Positions 1 through 12,922 of a stretch of DNA of 64,000 nt are shown here, piece after piece. Source of the stretch: Malacoraja senta. Lineage: Eukaryota. The notes beneath the pieces were generated by a model, which searched no databases, had not been told where the DNA came from, and saw nothing but the letters and a program-made list of their open reading frames with translations. The position numbers and the translations under genes are program-made. Where the stretch lies: NCBI GenBank assembly GCA_038087875.1, contig CM075995.1, positions 124,001-188,000 on the forward strand. The letters run 5' to 3'. Every line of letters begins with the position of its first letter. Position 1 is the first letter of the stretch.

Positions 1-3000
1 CATTACTTCTTCCAATAAATCAGGAATTATTTTTTGATATCCCTGTATATGTCTTCATGAAATTGCAAATCTGAAAATATTTAAAATAATGATTGTTTTT
101 CAGTTTAAATTTTAATTGTAATTGTTGAAATGATAGTAAATCTCCCATTTCATACATGTCCCCGATCCTTTTAATTCCTAAACTTTCCCATTGATTATAT
201 ATTTTGTCCATCATAGATGGTTTAAATAAAGGATTATTCACTATCAGTGTTAACAATGATAGGTTTCTTAATTTTAAGGATAATTTTATTTGTTTCCATA
301 TTCTTATTGTATCTTGTATAATTGGGTTCTTCTTATATATTGTATTGTTCATTTTTTTCGGGGAGAAGAGGATCGTTCCTATATTACAAGGGTAACAATC
401 CTCTTTCTCCATTTTTATCCATTCTGTCTGTTGGGTTGAACTATCCAACCAGTAAATTATATTCTTAATATGTATTAAAGAGAAGGACAGCAAAGGTAAC
501 AATCTCGGGATTACTGCCTGTGCCACGCGACAGTGAGAGTAGGAATGGAGCGAGGTGGAGGATAAATGCGTGGCTGAAGGACTGGTGCAGAAGGCAGGGA
601 TTCAAGTTTCTGGATCATTGGGACCTCTTTTGTGGAAGGTTCGACCTGTACAAAAAGGATGGGTTGCACTTGAACCTGAGGGGGACCGATATCCTGGCGG
701 GGAGATCTGCAAAGGCTACTGGGGAGACTTTAAACTAGAATGGTTGGGGGGAGGGACTCAAATAGAGAATGCTATTAGACAGTGTGTGAGGCAGGAGGCA
801 GAGAAGGAAAGCACTCAGACCCAACATGTAGGGGGGAAAGAAGATAACAATAATAAACAGAGAATAAGAGGTGGTGGGGTTCTTAAATGGGTGAGCAGAG
901 AAACAGAGGGGTGTAAAATGCGGGCGGAAGCAATAGGTACCAAGGTGAAAAGTAAAAGTGGCAGGCAGACAAATCCAGGGCAAATATCAAAAAGGGCCAC
1001 TTTTCAACATAATTGTATAAGGGGTAAGAGCGTTGTAAAAACAAGCCTGAAGGCTTTGTGTCTTAATGCAAGGAGCATTCGTAATAAGGTGGATGAGTTG
1101 AACGTGCAGATAGCAATTAATGATTATGATATAGTTGGGATCACGGAGACATGGCTCCAAGGTGACCAAGGCTGGGAGCTGAACATCCAGGGATATTCAA
1201 TATTCAGGAGGGATAGAGAGAAAGGAAAAGGAGGTGGGGTAGCGTAGCTGGTTAGAGAGGAGATTAACGCAGTGGAAAGGAAGGACATTAGCTTGGAGGA
1301 TGTGGAATCGGTATGGGTAGAGCTGCGAAACACTAAGGGGCAGAAAACGCTGGTGGATGTTGTGTACAGGCCACCTAGCAGTAGTAGTGAAGTTGGGGAT
1401 GGCATCAAACAGGAAATTAGAAATGCGTGCAACAAAGGCAAAACAGTTATAATGGGTGACTTCAATCTACATATAGATTGGGTGAAGCAAATTGGCAGGG
1501 GTGCTGAGGAAGAGGATTTCTTGGAATGTATGCGGGATAGTTATCTAAACCAACATGTAGAGGAACCAACGAGAGAGCAGGCTATTCTAGACTGGGTATT
1601 GAGTAATGAGGAAGGGTTAGTTAGCAGTCTTGTTGTGCGTGCCCCCTTGGGCAAGAGTGACCATAATATGGTTGAGTTCTTCATTACGATGGAGAGTGAC
1701 ATTGTTAATTCAGAAACAACGGTTCTGAACTTAAAGAAAGGTAACTTTGAGGGTATGAGACGTGAATTGGCCAAGATTGACTGGCAACTAGTTCTAAAAG
1801 GGTTGACGGTGGATATGCAATGGAAGGCATTTAAAGACTGCATGGATGAACTACAAAAATTGTTCATCCCAGTTTGGCAAAAGAATAAATCAGGGAAGGT
1901 AGTGCATCCGTGGATAACAAGGGAAATCAGGGATAGTATCAAAGCAAAAGATGATGCGTACAAATTAGCCAGAAAAAGCAGCATACCAGAGGACTGGGAG
2001 AAATTCAGAGACCACCAGAGGAGGACAAAGGGCTTAATTAGGAAAGAGAAAATAGATTATGAAAGGAAACTGGCAGGGAACATAAAAGGAGATGGAGGAA
2101 CTGAGTGAAATCCAGGTTAGTCGGGAAGTGGTGTTGGGTAAATTGAATGAATTAAAGGCCGATAAATCACCAGGGCCAGATAGGCTGCACCCCAGAGTAC
2201 TTAAGGAAGTAGCTCCAGAAATAGTGGATGCATTAGTGATAATTTTTCAAAACTCTATAGATTCTGGAGTAGTTCCTGAGGATTGGAGGGTAGCAAACGT
2301 AACCCCACTTTTTAAAAAGGGAGGGAGAGAGAAAACGGGGAATTACAGACCAGTTAGTCTAACATCGGTAGTGGGGAAACTGCTAGAGTCAGTTATTAAA
2401 GATGGGATAGCAGCACATTTGGAAAGTGGTGAAATCATTGGACAAAGTCAGCATGGATTTACGAAAGGTAAATCGTGTCTGACGAATCTTATAGAATTTT
2501 TCGAGGATGTAACGAGTAGAGTGGATAGGGGAGAACCAGTGGATGTGTTGTATCTGGACTTTCAGAAGGCTTTCGACAAGGTACCACATAAGAGATTAGG
2601 ATACAAACTTAAATCACACGGTATTGGGGGTTCAGTATTGATGTGGATAGAGAACTGGCTGGCAAACAGGAAGCAAAGAGTAGCAGTAAACGGGTCCTTT
2701 TCACAATGGCAGGCAGTGACTAGTGGGGTACCACAAGGCTCAGTGCTGGGACCCCAGCTATTTACTATTTATATTAATGATCTGGATGAGGGAATTGAAA
2801 GCAACATCTCCAAGTTTGCGGATGACACTAAGCTGGGGGGCAGTGTTAGCTGTGAGGGGGATGCTAGGAGACTGCAAGGTGACTTGGATAGGCTGGGTGA
2901 GTGGGCAAATGTTTGGCAGATGCAATATAATGTGGATAAATGTGAGGTTATCCACTTTGGTGGCAAAAATGGGAAGGCAGACTATTATCCAAATGGTGGC

Positions 3001-6000
3001 CGATTAGGAAATGGGGAGATGCAGCGAGACCTGGGTGTCATGGTACACCAGTCATTGAAAGTAGGCATGCAGGTGCAGCAGGCAGTGAAGAAAGCGAATG
3101 GTATGTTCGCTTTCATAGCAAGAGGATTTGAGTATAGGAGCAGGGAGGTTCTACTGCAGTTGTACAGGGTCTTGGTGAGACCACACCTGGAGTATTGCGT
3201 ACAGTTTTGGTCTCCAAATCTGAGGAAGGACATTATAGCCATAGAGGGAGTGCAGAGAAGGTTCACCAGACTGATTCCTGGGATGTCAGGACTTTCATAT
3301 GAAGAAAGACTGGATAGACTTGGCTTATACTCGCTAGAATTTAGGAGATTGAGAGGGGATCTTATAGAAACGTACAAAATTCTTATGGGGTTGGACAGGC
3401 TAGATGCAGGAAGATTGTTCCCGATGTTGGGGAAGTCAAGGACAAGGGGCCACAGCTTAAGGATAAGGGAGAAATCCTTTAAGACCGAGATGAGGAAAAA
3501 CTTTTTCACACAGAGAGTGGTGAATCTCTGGAACTCTCTGCCACAGAGGGTAGTTGAGGCCAGTTCATTGGCTATATTTAAGAGGGAGTTAGATGTTGCC
3601 CTTGTGGCTAAGGGGATCAGGGGGTATGGAGAAAAGGCAGGTACGGGATACTGAGTTGGATGATCAGCCATGATCATATTGAATGGCGGTGCAGGCTCGA
3701 AGGGCCGAATGGCCTACTCCTGCACCTATTTTCTATGTATCTATGTATCTATGTATTGCCCAATAGTAATACAGAAAATTCGGGAGTGAAAGTCCCCCGA
3801 CATCTTTTGGTTTACATAAGTGTTCTTTTTTAATTCTATGTGATTTATAGTCCCAAACAAAATTTGTAATATTAGAGTTTAATTTAGAAAAAAAGATATT
3901 TTGGTACATATACTGGTATAGACTGAAATAGGTATAGTAACTGTGGTAAAAAAAAATCATTTTTATAGCGTTTATTCTACCTATTAATGATAAAGGAAGT
4001 GTTTTCCAAAATTTAATCATCATATTAAGTTTATTTATTAAAGGTAAAAAATTAGCATTGTTTTCTAGTAATCTGAATACCCAAATATTTAAATTTTTCT
4101 GTTGTTATTTTAAAAGGGAACTTCAGTAAGTGTGTGGATTCTTGAGGTTTTAACATCATGATTTCACTTTTGTTCCAATTTATTCTATATCCAGAAAAGG
4201 ACCCAAATTCCTCTATTAAGTTTAATAAATTTGGTATGCTCGTTTGTGAGTTTGTTATATATAACAAAATATCGTCTGCATATAATGAAATTTTATTATT
4301 TGAGTCCCTAGTATTATAACCCTGAATCTTCAGATGACTTCTTATACTTTCAGCCAAAGGTTCTATCATAAGGGCAAATAGCAGGGGTGATAAAGCACAT
4401 CCCTGCCTATTACCCCTTGATAATTGAAATTTTTGAGATAACATACTATTAGTTAATATTCTTGCCATCGGTTTATCATATAATAATTTCACCCATGTAA
4501 TAAAATTCTCTCCCATATTAAATTTTTGTAATACTTTGTATAAATACTGCCATTCTACCTGATCAAATGCTTTCTCTGCGTCCAAAGAAATAATTGATAT
4601 GTCTTCTTCCTCTACTTTATGTGAGTACATTATATTAAACAGGCGTCTCAAATTATTAAATGAATATCTTTTAGGTATAAACCCCGTTTGATCAGGATTT
4701 ATCAATTTACTAATATATTTGCTTAATCTTCTGGCTAAAGTTTTTGCTAAAATTTTCTGATCTGTATTTAGAAGTGATATAGCTCTATATGAGCCCGGTT
4801 CCTCTAGATCTTTATCTTTCTTTGGAATAAGCGTGATAGTTGATTCTGCTAATGTTTCCGGTAATTTATTTTCTTTAAAAGCATGAGTATATAAATTAAA
4901 TAAATAAGGGGTCATTACCTCATGAAATTTTTTAATAAAATTCATTACTAAAACCATCTGGTCCCGGTGTCTTACCATTTTTCAACGATTTTATTGTTTC
5001 ATCTATTTCTTCAATTGTAATTTGCGCTCCGAGTTCTTCTTGTTCCAAAAGATCAAGTTTTGGTAGATTACAATTATCTAAAAAAAAATTAATTTTACTA
5101 TCTTCTGTTTTAGTTTTTGATGTATATAAATTTTGATAATATTGAGCAAATCTTTTATTAATATCTTTAGGTAGTATTAGTAATTCACCATTCTCGGATT
5201 TAATTTTATTTATAGTATTTTCTTTTTCTTGTTTTTTCAGTTGACGCGCTAACAGCTTATGTGGTTTATCACCAAACTCAAAATGTTCCTGTTTTGTAAT
5301 TTGGAATAATCTTATTGCTCTTGCCGAGAGAATTTGATTAAGTTTAAATTTCAGTAATATTATCTTATTATGTTTGTCTATAGTGGAGTCTTTAGCATTA
5401 TCTAACTCTAACTGTCTTATTTCTTGTTCTAACAACATTTGTTCTATTTTATTCTTTTTATTTTGAAAAATTTCGTATGAAATTATAATTCCTCTAATAA
5501 ATGCTTTAAAAGTTTCCCATAGTAAAGAAGGTGAGGTATCTGGTGTATCATTTATCTCAAAAAATAATTTCATTTGTTGTTTTAAATATTGATAACCCTG
5601 TAAGTCATTTAATATATATGTATTAAATCTCCAAAAATTTTTTTTACCCGGCATTCCCTCAAATTTTACTGAAAAAGTCAACAGAGAGTGATCAGAAATA
5701 CTACTAATGTGATATGTTGGATTAATTGTATATGGCATTAATTTCATATCCACTAAAAAATAATCAATTCTTGAATATGTTTTATGTACCGAAGAATAAA
5801 ACGAATATTCCCTTCCTGCTGGATTAGCAGATCTCCATACATCTGTTATATTAGTATTTTTTATATATGTATTTAGAAGTTCACTAGTCTTAGATTTTAA
5901 ATTACTCCTTCTTTGTTTTGCTGATTTGTCTAAGTATGGATCTAAAACACAGTTGAAATCCCCACCTATTATCACATTTTGATAATTAAACTCTAATATT

Positions 6001-6127
6001 ATATCTATAATTTTGTCAAAAAATTGAGGGTTATCAAAATTCGGAGCATAAATATTTACCATAGTTATTGGGGTAGCATAAATTTCTCCTGAAACTATGA
6101 TATACCTTCCCTCTTTATCTGAACAGG
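1..6127 (-). mobile_element. L1-clade LINE ORF2 (APE endonuclease + RT), 5'-truncated, frameshifted, split by a CR1 insertion
   Basis: ORF 4932-6173 (NIYAPN, GGDFN, SRIDY), ORF 4052-4978 (SLDAEKAFD, RQGCALSP, LYADD), and ORFs 3733-4023 and 20-526. YYYWAIH|IKNII rejoins across the CR1. Confidence 0.93.
477..3749 (+). mobile_element. CR1 LINE: end of ORF1 (SGNH esterase-like) plus ORF2 EN-RT; inactivated
   Basis: [38 protein letters not shown]. Premature TAG at 1245 and a deletion/frameshift near 2090. (TCTATGTA)n tail; TSD TATGTATT at 469-476 and 3750-3757. Confidence 0.96.
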
Positions 6128-6284
6128 TATTACACATTAAATTCCTTCCATTTGGCCTATAAATCCATGACAATGAGATTTAAAAATTATGTTATATTGT
6201 GAATTCTTGTGTGAATGTTATTTGGACACTTAGGCTTTTTAAAAATGTTAATCTATTCTTAAGAAATTGATAGATGTTTAGATC
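6128..6284 (+). mobile_element. Internal fragment of the TAG..CTA DNA transposon family
   Basis: Near-identical to ~9830-9985 and similar to ~33445-33615. Confidence 0.75.
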
Positions 6285-6806
6285 GTTTATTCCCGTTCCC
6301 ACTCTTCTCTAATTACCTCAGTCGCAGGTAAATCTATATTTAAAATACTATTATATAAATATGATATTAATTTTTGTGTATCAGCTTTAATATTCATTAC
6401 TTCTTCCAATAAATCAGGAGTTATTTTTTGATATCCTGGTATATATGTCTTCAAGAAATTGCAAATCTGAAAATATTTAAAATAATGATTGTTTTTCAGT
6501 TTAAATTTTAATTGTAATTGTCCTTTTAATTCCTAAACTTTCCCATTGATTATATGTTTTGTCCATCATAGATGGTTTAAATAAAGGATTATTCGCTATC
6601 GGTGTTAACAATGATAGGTTTCTTAATTTTAAGGATAATTGTATTTGTTTCCATATTCTTATTGTATCTTGTATAATTGGGTTCTTCTTATATATTGTAT
6701 TGTTCATTTTTTTCGGGGAGAAGAGGATCGTTCCTATATTACAAGGGTAACAATCCTCTTTCTCCATTTTTATCCATTCTGTTCTTTTGGGTTGAACTAT
6801 CCAACC
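6285..6806 (-). mobile_element. Second L1 ORF2 3' fragment, same family as 1-450
   Basis: 6395-6806 is nearly identical to 1-450 (MEKEDCYPCNIGTILFSPKK...) with an internal deletion. Confidence 0.88.
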
Positions 6807-8077
6807 TCCAACGAACTTTTTAACATACTAAAAAAATGTTTTTAAAGGGTGAAAGGACGGACAGCTGCAAGCTGTGGCAGCCATACTCGACGGCGCCCCC
6901 GATGGTTGTGATAACGTTTGTTGGTTAATTATGCTAACAAAGTTAATATAAAGCAAAGCAGTTTAGTTTAGTTTATCATTGTCACGTGTACTGAGGTACA
7001 GTAAAAGGCTTTTATTACGTGCAATAGACCTTTGTGCCGGTTTGTTCCCACAAAAAAAAAACTGTCCAAATAATACCAACGGAGACCAAGCTAGTCACCA
7101 GTTATAAAATATTTTAATTGACATGCTTTTATGTCTTTAAAAAGTATACAGCAACGAGCAGGCATCACCACAAAATATATAATGATGTTTAAATATTTCA
7201 CTTTTAAAAATCAGAAATGCCTTCCAAAAAGGATTGGACCATGCTCAACCATTAAACACACATCATCTTCCTATAATCTAAATGCAAGTTATAAATAATA
7301 ATATTTGTGTGCATAAATAATCTCATTGTACCACATGCAAAGGATTTTTTTACAGCAAAGTCAAAACAATGAGACAAGGATGGTAATTATCTTGAACTTT
7401 ATGTAAAATTTCCATGGCAACATACTGTTGAAAGTTTGACCTCTTCTTCCTTTAATCACCTCTCCACTGTTCATTCCCCAGTGCAATTACTGCTGTCAGC
7501 CATAATATAAAAATCAGCTGGATCTCACCCAAGCACACACGAGGCAACAGAAGATCCTACTTGTGGAAATTTAATGTTACCTGATTTTTTTTAAAGAAGT
7601 TTTCATGATAGGAAAGTTAGTTACAGAAATGCAAACATTTTCAGGGGTTAGGGAATAGGGGTAGCAGCTAGTTAATTATGCAGGTAATCAGTATTTGAAA
7701 ACGATTTACATGTAACCTCCCCACACTAGTAAAACGGAGAAGTTGTCTTTAACACACAAGCGGCCAGCTCACAGCAAGCAGCCAGTTAGTGACACAAGAA
7801 ACAGCTTAGTCTGGAAACTTGTGCAAAAAAAGGGGCTGGTGAAACTCAGTGGGTTAGGCACCAACTGTGGAGGGAAGGAACAGACATTTCAGGATTGGAC
7901 CCATCTTTAGAATGAGCCTTCTTCCAGACTGGAAATGTCATCTGTCCATTTCTTCCACAGATGCCGACACAAGGAACTGCAAATTCTGGAATCTTTCCTT
8001 TAAAATCTTTTTATTAGTTTTTTTCAAAAGCAAAAACAAAACAAAAAAGTAATGATAAACATAACAGTGATATTGAT

Positions 8078-9033
8078 GGAGGAGCCGCCATCTTGGAGGA
8101 ACGGCTGCTAAACAGCAGCCGTCCGTCAAATTCACTTTTTCTTTAGTTTTAGCTTTTTTTAATTTCTCTGTTTGTTTGGGGAATTTTGACTTTTAATGTG
8201 GGGGGGTAAGGGGGAAACTATTTCTGGGTCCCTACCTGGTCGGTGAGGCAGCTTTTTCTCCAGGCTGCCTCATCGACCCGTCCTCGTGGCCTACCAGCGG
8301 GCATGGAGCGCCGTTTCCAGACGGGGACCGCCCAGCACCTTCAGCTTCGGTCGGCGGCACAGTGCTGGAGTGCTATCGTGGAGCGTAGCGGGCGATGCCT
8401 TGCCTGGGTCGCCGCGCTGGGTCGACGCGGTGGAGCTCCGGTATGCGGTGACCGCCGAGATCAACACCTCCGGGCTGCGGGTCTGCGGAGCGACCAGCCG
8501 CGGGCGGCGGCGCCGACTTTAACATCGGGAGCCTCGTGGCTCCAACTCGGTGCGGCCCTGTCGGCTTCAGGTGCCATGGACTCCGCTGGGAAACCGGCCG
8601 TTCCAGCCGCTGCGAGGACTCTCCCGACGGCCAGGAACATCGGGCCTCCGTAGAGGCAACTGTGGTGGCCTCGATGGGCCTGACTCTGGGGAGAACTGGG
8701 TTGGGGACTGGACATTGTGCCTTCCCCCACAGTGGTAACCATTGTGGGGGGATGATTTTGTGTGCTGTGCCTGTTAGTCTGTGTGCAAGATGGCGGTCGG
8801 AGGGGAGAGTGGATGCTGGCGCGGTTTGGCTGCCGCTGCTCTCTCCTCAAATTGTGTTTCTTATTTTCTTTTTGTGCTTTTGTAATTGAATTCTGTCCTT
8901 GATTTGTGTACTGTGGTGTTTTTATATTTTATTTATCCCGATTATGTGTTTTGTATTTTTGTGATTCTATGCCTTGTAAGGTGTCCTTGGGTGTTAGAAA
9001 GGCGCCAGCAAATAAAATGAATTATTATTATTA
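8078..9033 (+). mobile_element. GC-rich non-autonomous retroelement with AATAAA + (TTA)n tail
   Basis: GC-rich body and a tail aataaaatgaattattattattat. Architecture resembles 39590-40320 and 45256-46066. Confidence 0.6.
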
Positions 9034-9325
9034 TAGGGATCACGGTTACATTAATGGCAGGTATAACCTAAATACGAGTCCAGTGTCAACATACACATTG
9101 AATATAGACCTCCTGGTCTCTATGTAAATATAGTTACGAGTTTAAAAGATAACTTATATCTATAAAAACAAAAAGAGAAAAAGAAAAAAAAGAGAAAAAA
9201 AGAGGAAAAAATAAGAAAATAAAGCCTAAAGAAGGAAGAAAAAAAAAGAAAAAACAGAATCTGGGCTGCAAAGAGTTTCAACAATTTAAGTCCTTGTTTG
9301 TCGTCAAGTCCGTTCCACCGTATAG

Positions 9326-10367
9326 TAGGTATGTTACAAAACTTACCTTCAGTCGCGCTGTAATTCTGCCACTGGCCGTGTGCGCGATTTTGGCGCCTTT
9401 AAGGGGGGGCGGGGTTAAAACGCGGGATTCTCCTACCTTGTCCTGGGAATATTTTGTTGGAGTACAAGCGTTCGCTGACAAAATCGTTCCTACCGGCGTT
9501 TTGTGAATTTTTAATTTTTATTAAATCGTCAATGTCAGCGCTACAGTCATTTTAAAAGCAGCTCCTGAAGCGTCAACGCCGATAACGGGGACGGATTTCA
9601 CACAATGGACAGGTAAACGAAAGTGCTTTCTTTAAATGTATAAAAGTGCTTCTTAAGAAGCCTTTAATTCACATTTTGTCATGCGACACGGTGATTTTAT
9701 TCCCCGAATTAACGGCAGTATTTTTCATGCCAATACGGGGTTAAATTCACCGCAAATGAACGTTCCAAAAGATCGCGTTCCAGTAATCCTCACTCGCAAG
9801 ATGAATTAAATCCCCATTAATTTACAGGTATTAAACATTCAATTCCTTCCATTTGGCCTGTAAATTCATGAAAATGAGATTTAAAAATTATGTTATATTG
9901 TGAATTATTGTGTGAATGTTATTTGGACACTTAGGCTATTTAAAAATGTTAATCTATTCTTAAGAAATTGATAGATGTTTAGATCTAGTAATTGAATTTT
10001 GTAATTAGTTACAATTAGGTAACTAACTTAATTATATGCTTTACTTTCATGTCTTCGAAGTAAGATTGTTTCATATTTGTTTCAGAATGCTTCAATCTAT
10101 AATACCTGAAATTTTTTTTCAGTTACCATAATTTTTAAGAAAGTTATGGGCTTTTAACTGTCCTCGATCACAGCTTTTGTGTTAAGTCAATGGAAAAGCA
10201 ATAGGGAACTAGATGCTAATTTCTGAGTATGATAATGGCCATAACGTTTTTAATACTGAAGATATGAAAGTGAATTAAGTGTCAAATTAAACTTCTTTTT
10301 ATGCTTTATCTGATGGGATAAATTGCAGACTTTATTTTTTAAATCTCAAAATTTTGTAACATTGCTA
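9326..10367. mobile_element. Non-autonomous DNA transposon, TAG..CTA ends, ~16-bp TIR, 7-bp TSD (hATw-like)
   Basis: TIRs TAGGTATGTTACAAAA / TTTTGTAACATTGCTA; flanks CGTATAG / CATATAG. Confidence 0.8.
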
Positions 10368-11133
10368 CATATAGCAGTAAAAAAAATTATTATAACAGTT
10401 GGAGAGGGGACAGTTTATGTCGTATGAAAATGTTGAATAAATCTTCCCCAAGTCATATCAAATTTAACCAAGGGTTCAACAATGTCACTCCTAATTTTTT
10501 CTAAATTTAAACATGATATCGTTTCAGAGTACCAATGGAGTGTGGTCGGAGGATTGGAATCTTTCCATTTAAATAAAATAGATCTTCTGGCAATTAATGT
10601 GGTAAAAGCAATCAGCCGATGGGCGGAACGGGACAGATGGATAGAATCTAACATTGGTAGCCCAAAAATTGCAGTAATAGGGTGAGGTTGTAAAATCAAT
10701 ACCTGAAACTACAGAGATAGCATAAAAAATTTGGAATCTGGAATCTTAAGCAAAGTACTGGGAGGTCTCAGTGGTCAGGCAACAACTGCATAACCTCCTG
10801 AATTCATCCAGCACTTTGTGCTTTGCCCTCCACAGATGAGGCCTGGTCCACTGAGTTCCTCCAGCCTTTATATATTGTGCTACATAATAGAGTTGCTTTG
10901 GAAAATGACAAGCAATCTCTGAAATCAGTTTACAGACAGTTGTCAGCATAGACCCTTACAAATCACGGGAATTGCAGACAATTTTAGAAAACAGTTGAGC
11001 AATTAAACTATTTCATAATTTAAAACTACTCTACTCAGAGCTTGCAATGAGTATCTTGCTGTTAAAAAACTAAACATTGCAAAAGGAGTTAGGATTTGTG
11101 CATCTACCTTCTAGTGCATCAATGCTCCAACAT

Positions 11134-11862
11134 CCTAAAAACAGGAAGGCAGATTATTATCTAAATGTTATCACGTTGGGAAAAGGGGGAGTACAATGGG
11201 ATTTGGGGGTTCTTGTTCATCAGTCACTGAAAGTAAGCATGCAGGTACAGCAGGCAGTGAAGAAAGCGAATGGCATGTTGGCTTCATAACAAGAGGAGTT
11301 GAGTATTGGAGCAAACAAGTCCTTCTGCAGTTGTACAGGGCAGTTTTGGTCTCCAAATTTGAGAAGTACATTCTTGCTATTGAGGTAGTGCAGCGTAGGT
11401 TCACAAGGTTGATTCCCGTGATGGCGGGACTGTCATATGTTGATAGAATGGAGCGGCTGGGCTTGTATACTCTGGAATTTAGAAGGATGAGAGGGATTCT
11501 TATTGAAACATATAAGATTATTAAGAATTTGGACACGCTAGAGGCAGGAAACATGTTCCTGATGTTGGGGGAGTCCAGAACCAGGGACCACAGTTTAAGA
11601 ATAAGAGGCAAGCCATTTAGAACGGAAATGAGGAAATACTTTTTCACACAGAAAGTTGTGAGTCTGTGGAATTCTCTACCTCATAGGGCGGTGGAAGCCG
11701 GTTCTCTGGATGCTTTCAAGAGAGAGTTAGATAGACAGGGGATATTGGGAGAAGGCAGGAATGGGGTACTGATTGTGGATGATCAGCCATGATCACATTG
11801 AATGGCGGTGCTGGCTCGAAGGGCCAAATGGCCTACTCCTGCACCTTTTGTCTATTGTATTA
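11134..11862 (+). mobile_element. CR1 LINE 3' fragment
   Basis: RT C-terminal peptides ([27 protein letters not shown]) and the CR1 3' UTR. Confidence 0.9.
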
Positions 11863-11949
11863 TCACAAAGTAAATAGATTTCAATTTATGTTAATTCAGT
11901 ACAGCTTGGCTATTATTTTCTATGCTCAAACCTATATTCATGTCAGCAA

Positions 11950-12150
11950 AAGACACAAAATGTTGGAATAACTCAGTGGGACAGGCAGCATTTCTGGAGA
12001 ACATAAATAGATGACGTTTTGGGTTGGGATCCTTTTCCAGACCCAACCTAAAACATCTCCTATCCATGTTCTCCACAGATGCTGCCTGACTAGCTGAGTT
12101 ACTCCAGCATTTTTCTGCAAACCAGCATCTGCAGTTCTTTGTGTTTACAA
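11950..12150. repeat. Palindromic Penelope-terminus-derived short repeat
   Basis: gacacaaaatg..aactcag..caggcagcat is followed by its reverse complement. Similar copies at ~13465-13590 and ~24105-24310. Confidence 0.65.
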
Positions 12151-12621
12151 TCATGTCAGCAGATTTAGAGATAAATGGAAACTCCATGCAGATTATGGTA
12201 AATCAATAATATTTGAATGATCAGTAAATATGAATCAAATTAGTTGTCAAAGTCTTTACGAGCATTTCATGGCTAAAACTTTCTGACTATAATGCTGGAA
12301 GCACTGCTGTCATTCAGTCCAGATTTATGGTGTCCAGAACAAGTCAGTCAAAGAGATTGACCTGCTGAATTTGGACAAAGTAAGTCTGGGCTTGCGCACT
12401 GGGAATGCAATTTTTTTTTATTTTAAGTTTAGAAATTCATCCTCAGCTGCTTACACAAATGAAGCTTAGAAAACAGTGAATGCGCATTGCATTTCATTTC
12501 TGAAATTTGATTCCATATGAGACAACTGAACCAAGTGTTGTAAGCATAGCCCAGTGCACTGCTGCTATGTTACATTTGTACGCATCAACTTAGATTGAAT
12601 TTCACTCTAAAATCTATTGAC

Positions 12622-12922
12622 ATGGTGGTACAGCGGTAGAGTTGTTGCCTTGCAGTGCCAGAGACCTGGGTTCGATTCTGACCACGGATGCGGTCTGTAC
12701 GGAGTTTGTACGTGCTCCCCATGACCTGTGTGGATTTTCTCTGGGAGCTCAGGTTTCCTCCCACATTACAAAGACATATAGGGTTGTAGGCTAATTGACT
12801 TGGTGAAATTGTAAGTTATCCTGAGCGTTTGTAGGGCATGTTAGTGTGCGGGGATCACTGGTCGGCGTGGACTCGTTGGGCCGAAGAGTGTGTTTCCACG
12901 CCCTATATCTATAAACTAAACT
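12622..12922 (+). mobile_element. tRNA-derived V-SINE (HE1-like)
   Basis: A-box-like ggtggtacagcggtag, B-box-like ggttcgattc, V-domain ggtttcctcccaca..aaagac, (TAAAC)n tail. Confidence 0.82.

Larger units (their letters stand above)
7995..10715 (-). mobile_element. L1 3' end (ORF2 C-terminus + 3' UTR) hosting two nested insertions
   Basis: ORF 10415-10699 (AFTTLIARRSILFKWK..PPT..LEKIR..F..TW) is a typical fish-L1 C-terminus. Minus-strand AATAAA near 8010. Confidence 0.75.

Noticed and set aside
2985..3677. 230-aa antisense ORF and similar antisense ORFs in other CR1 copies
   Set aside because: Shadow frames of CR1 ORF2 with no independent coding evidence.
8243..8889. GC-rich ORFs that might suggest a gene or CpG-island promoter
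   Set aside because: They lie within a tailed interspersed repeat with relatives elsewhere in the window.
12622..12700. tRNA-like sequence
   Set aside because: It is the head of a SINE, and I could not see a complete cloverleaf.
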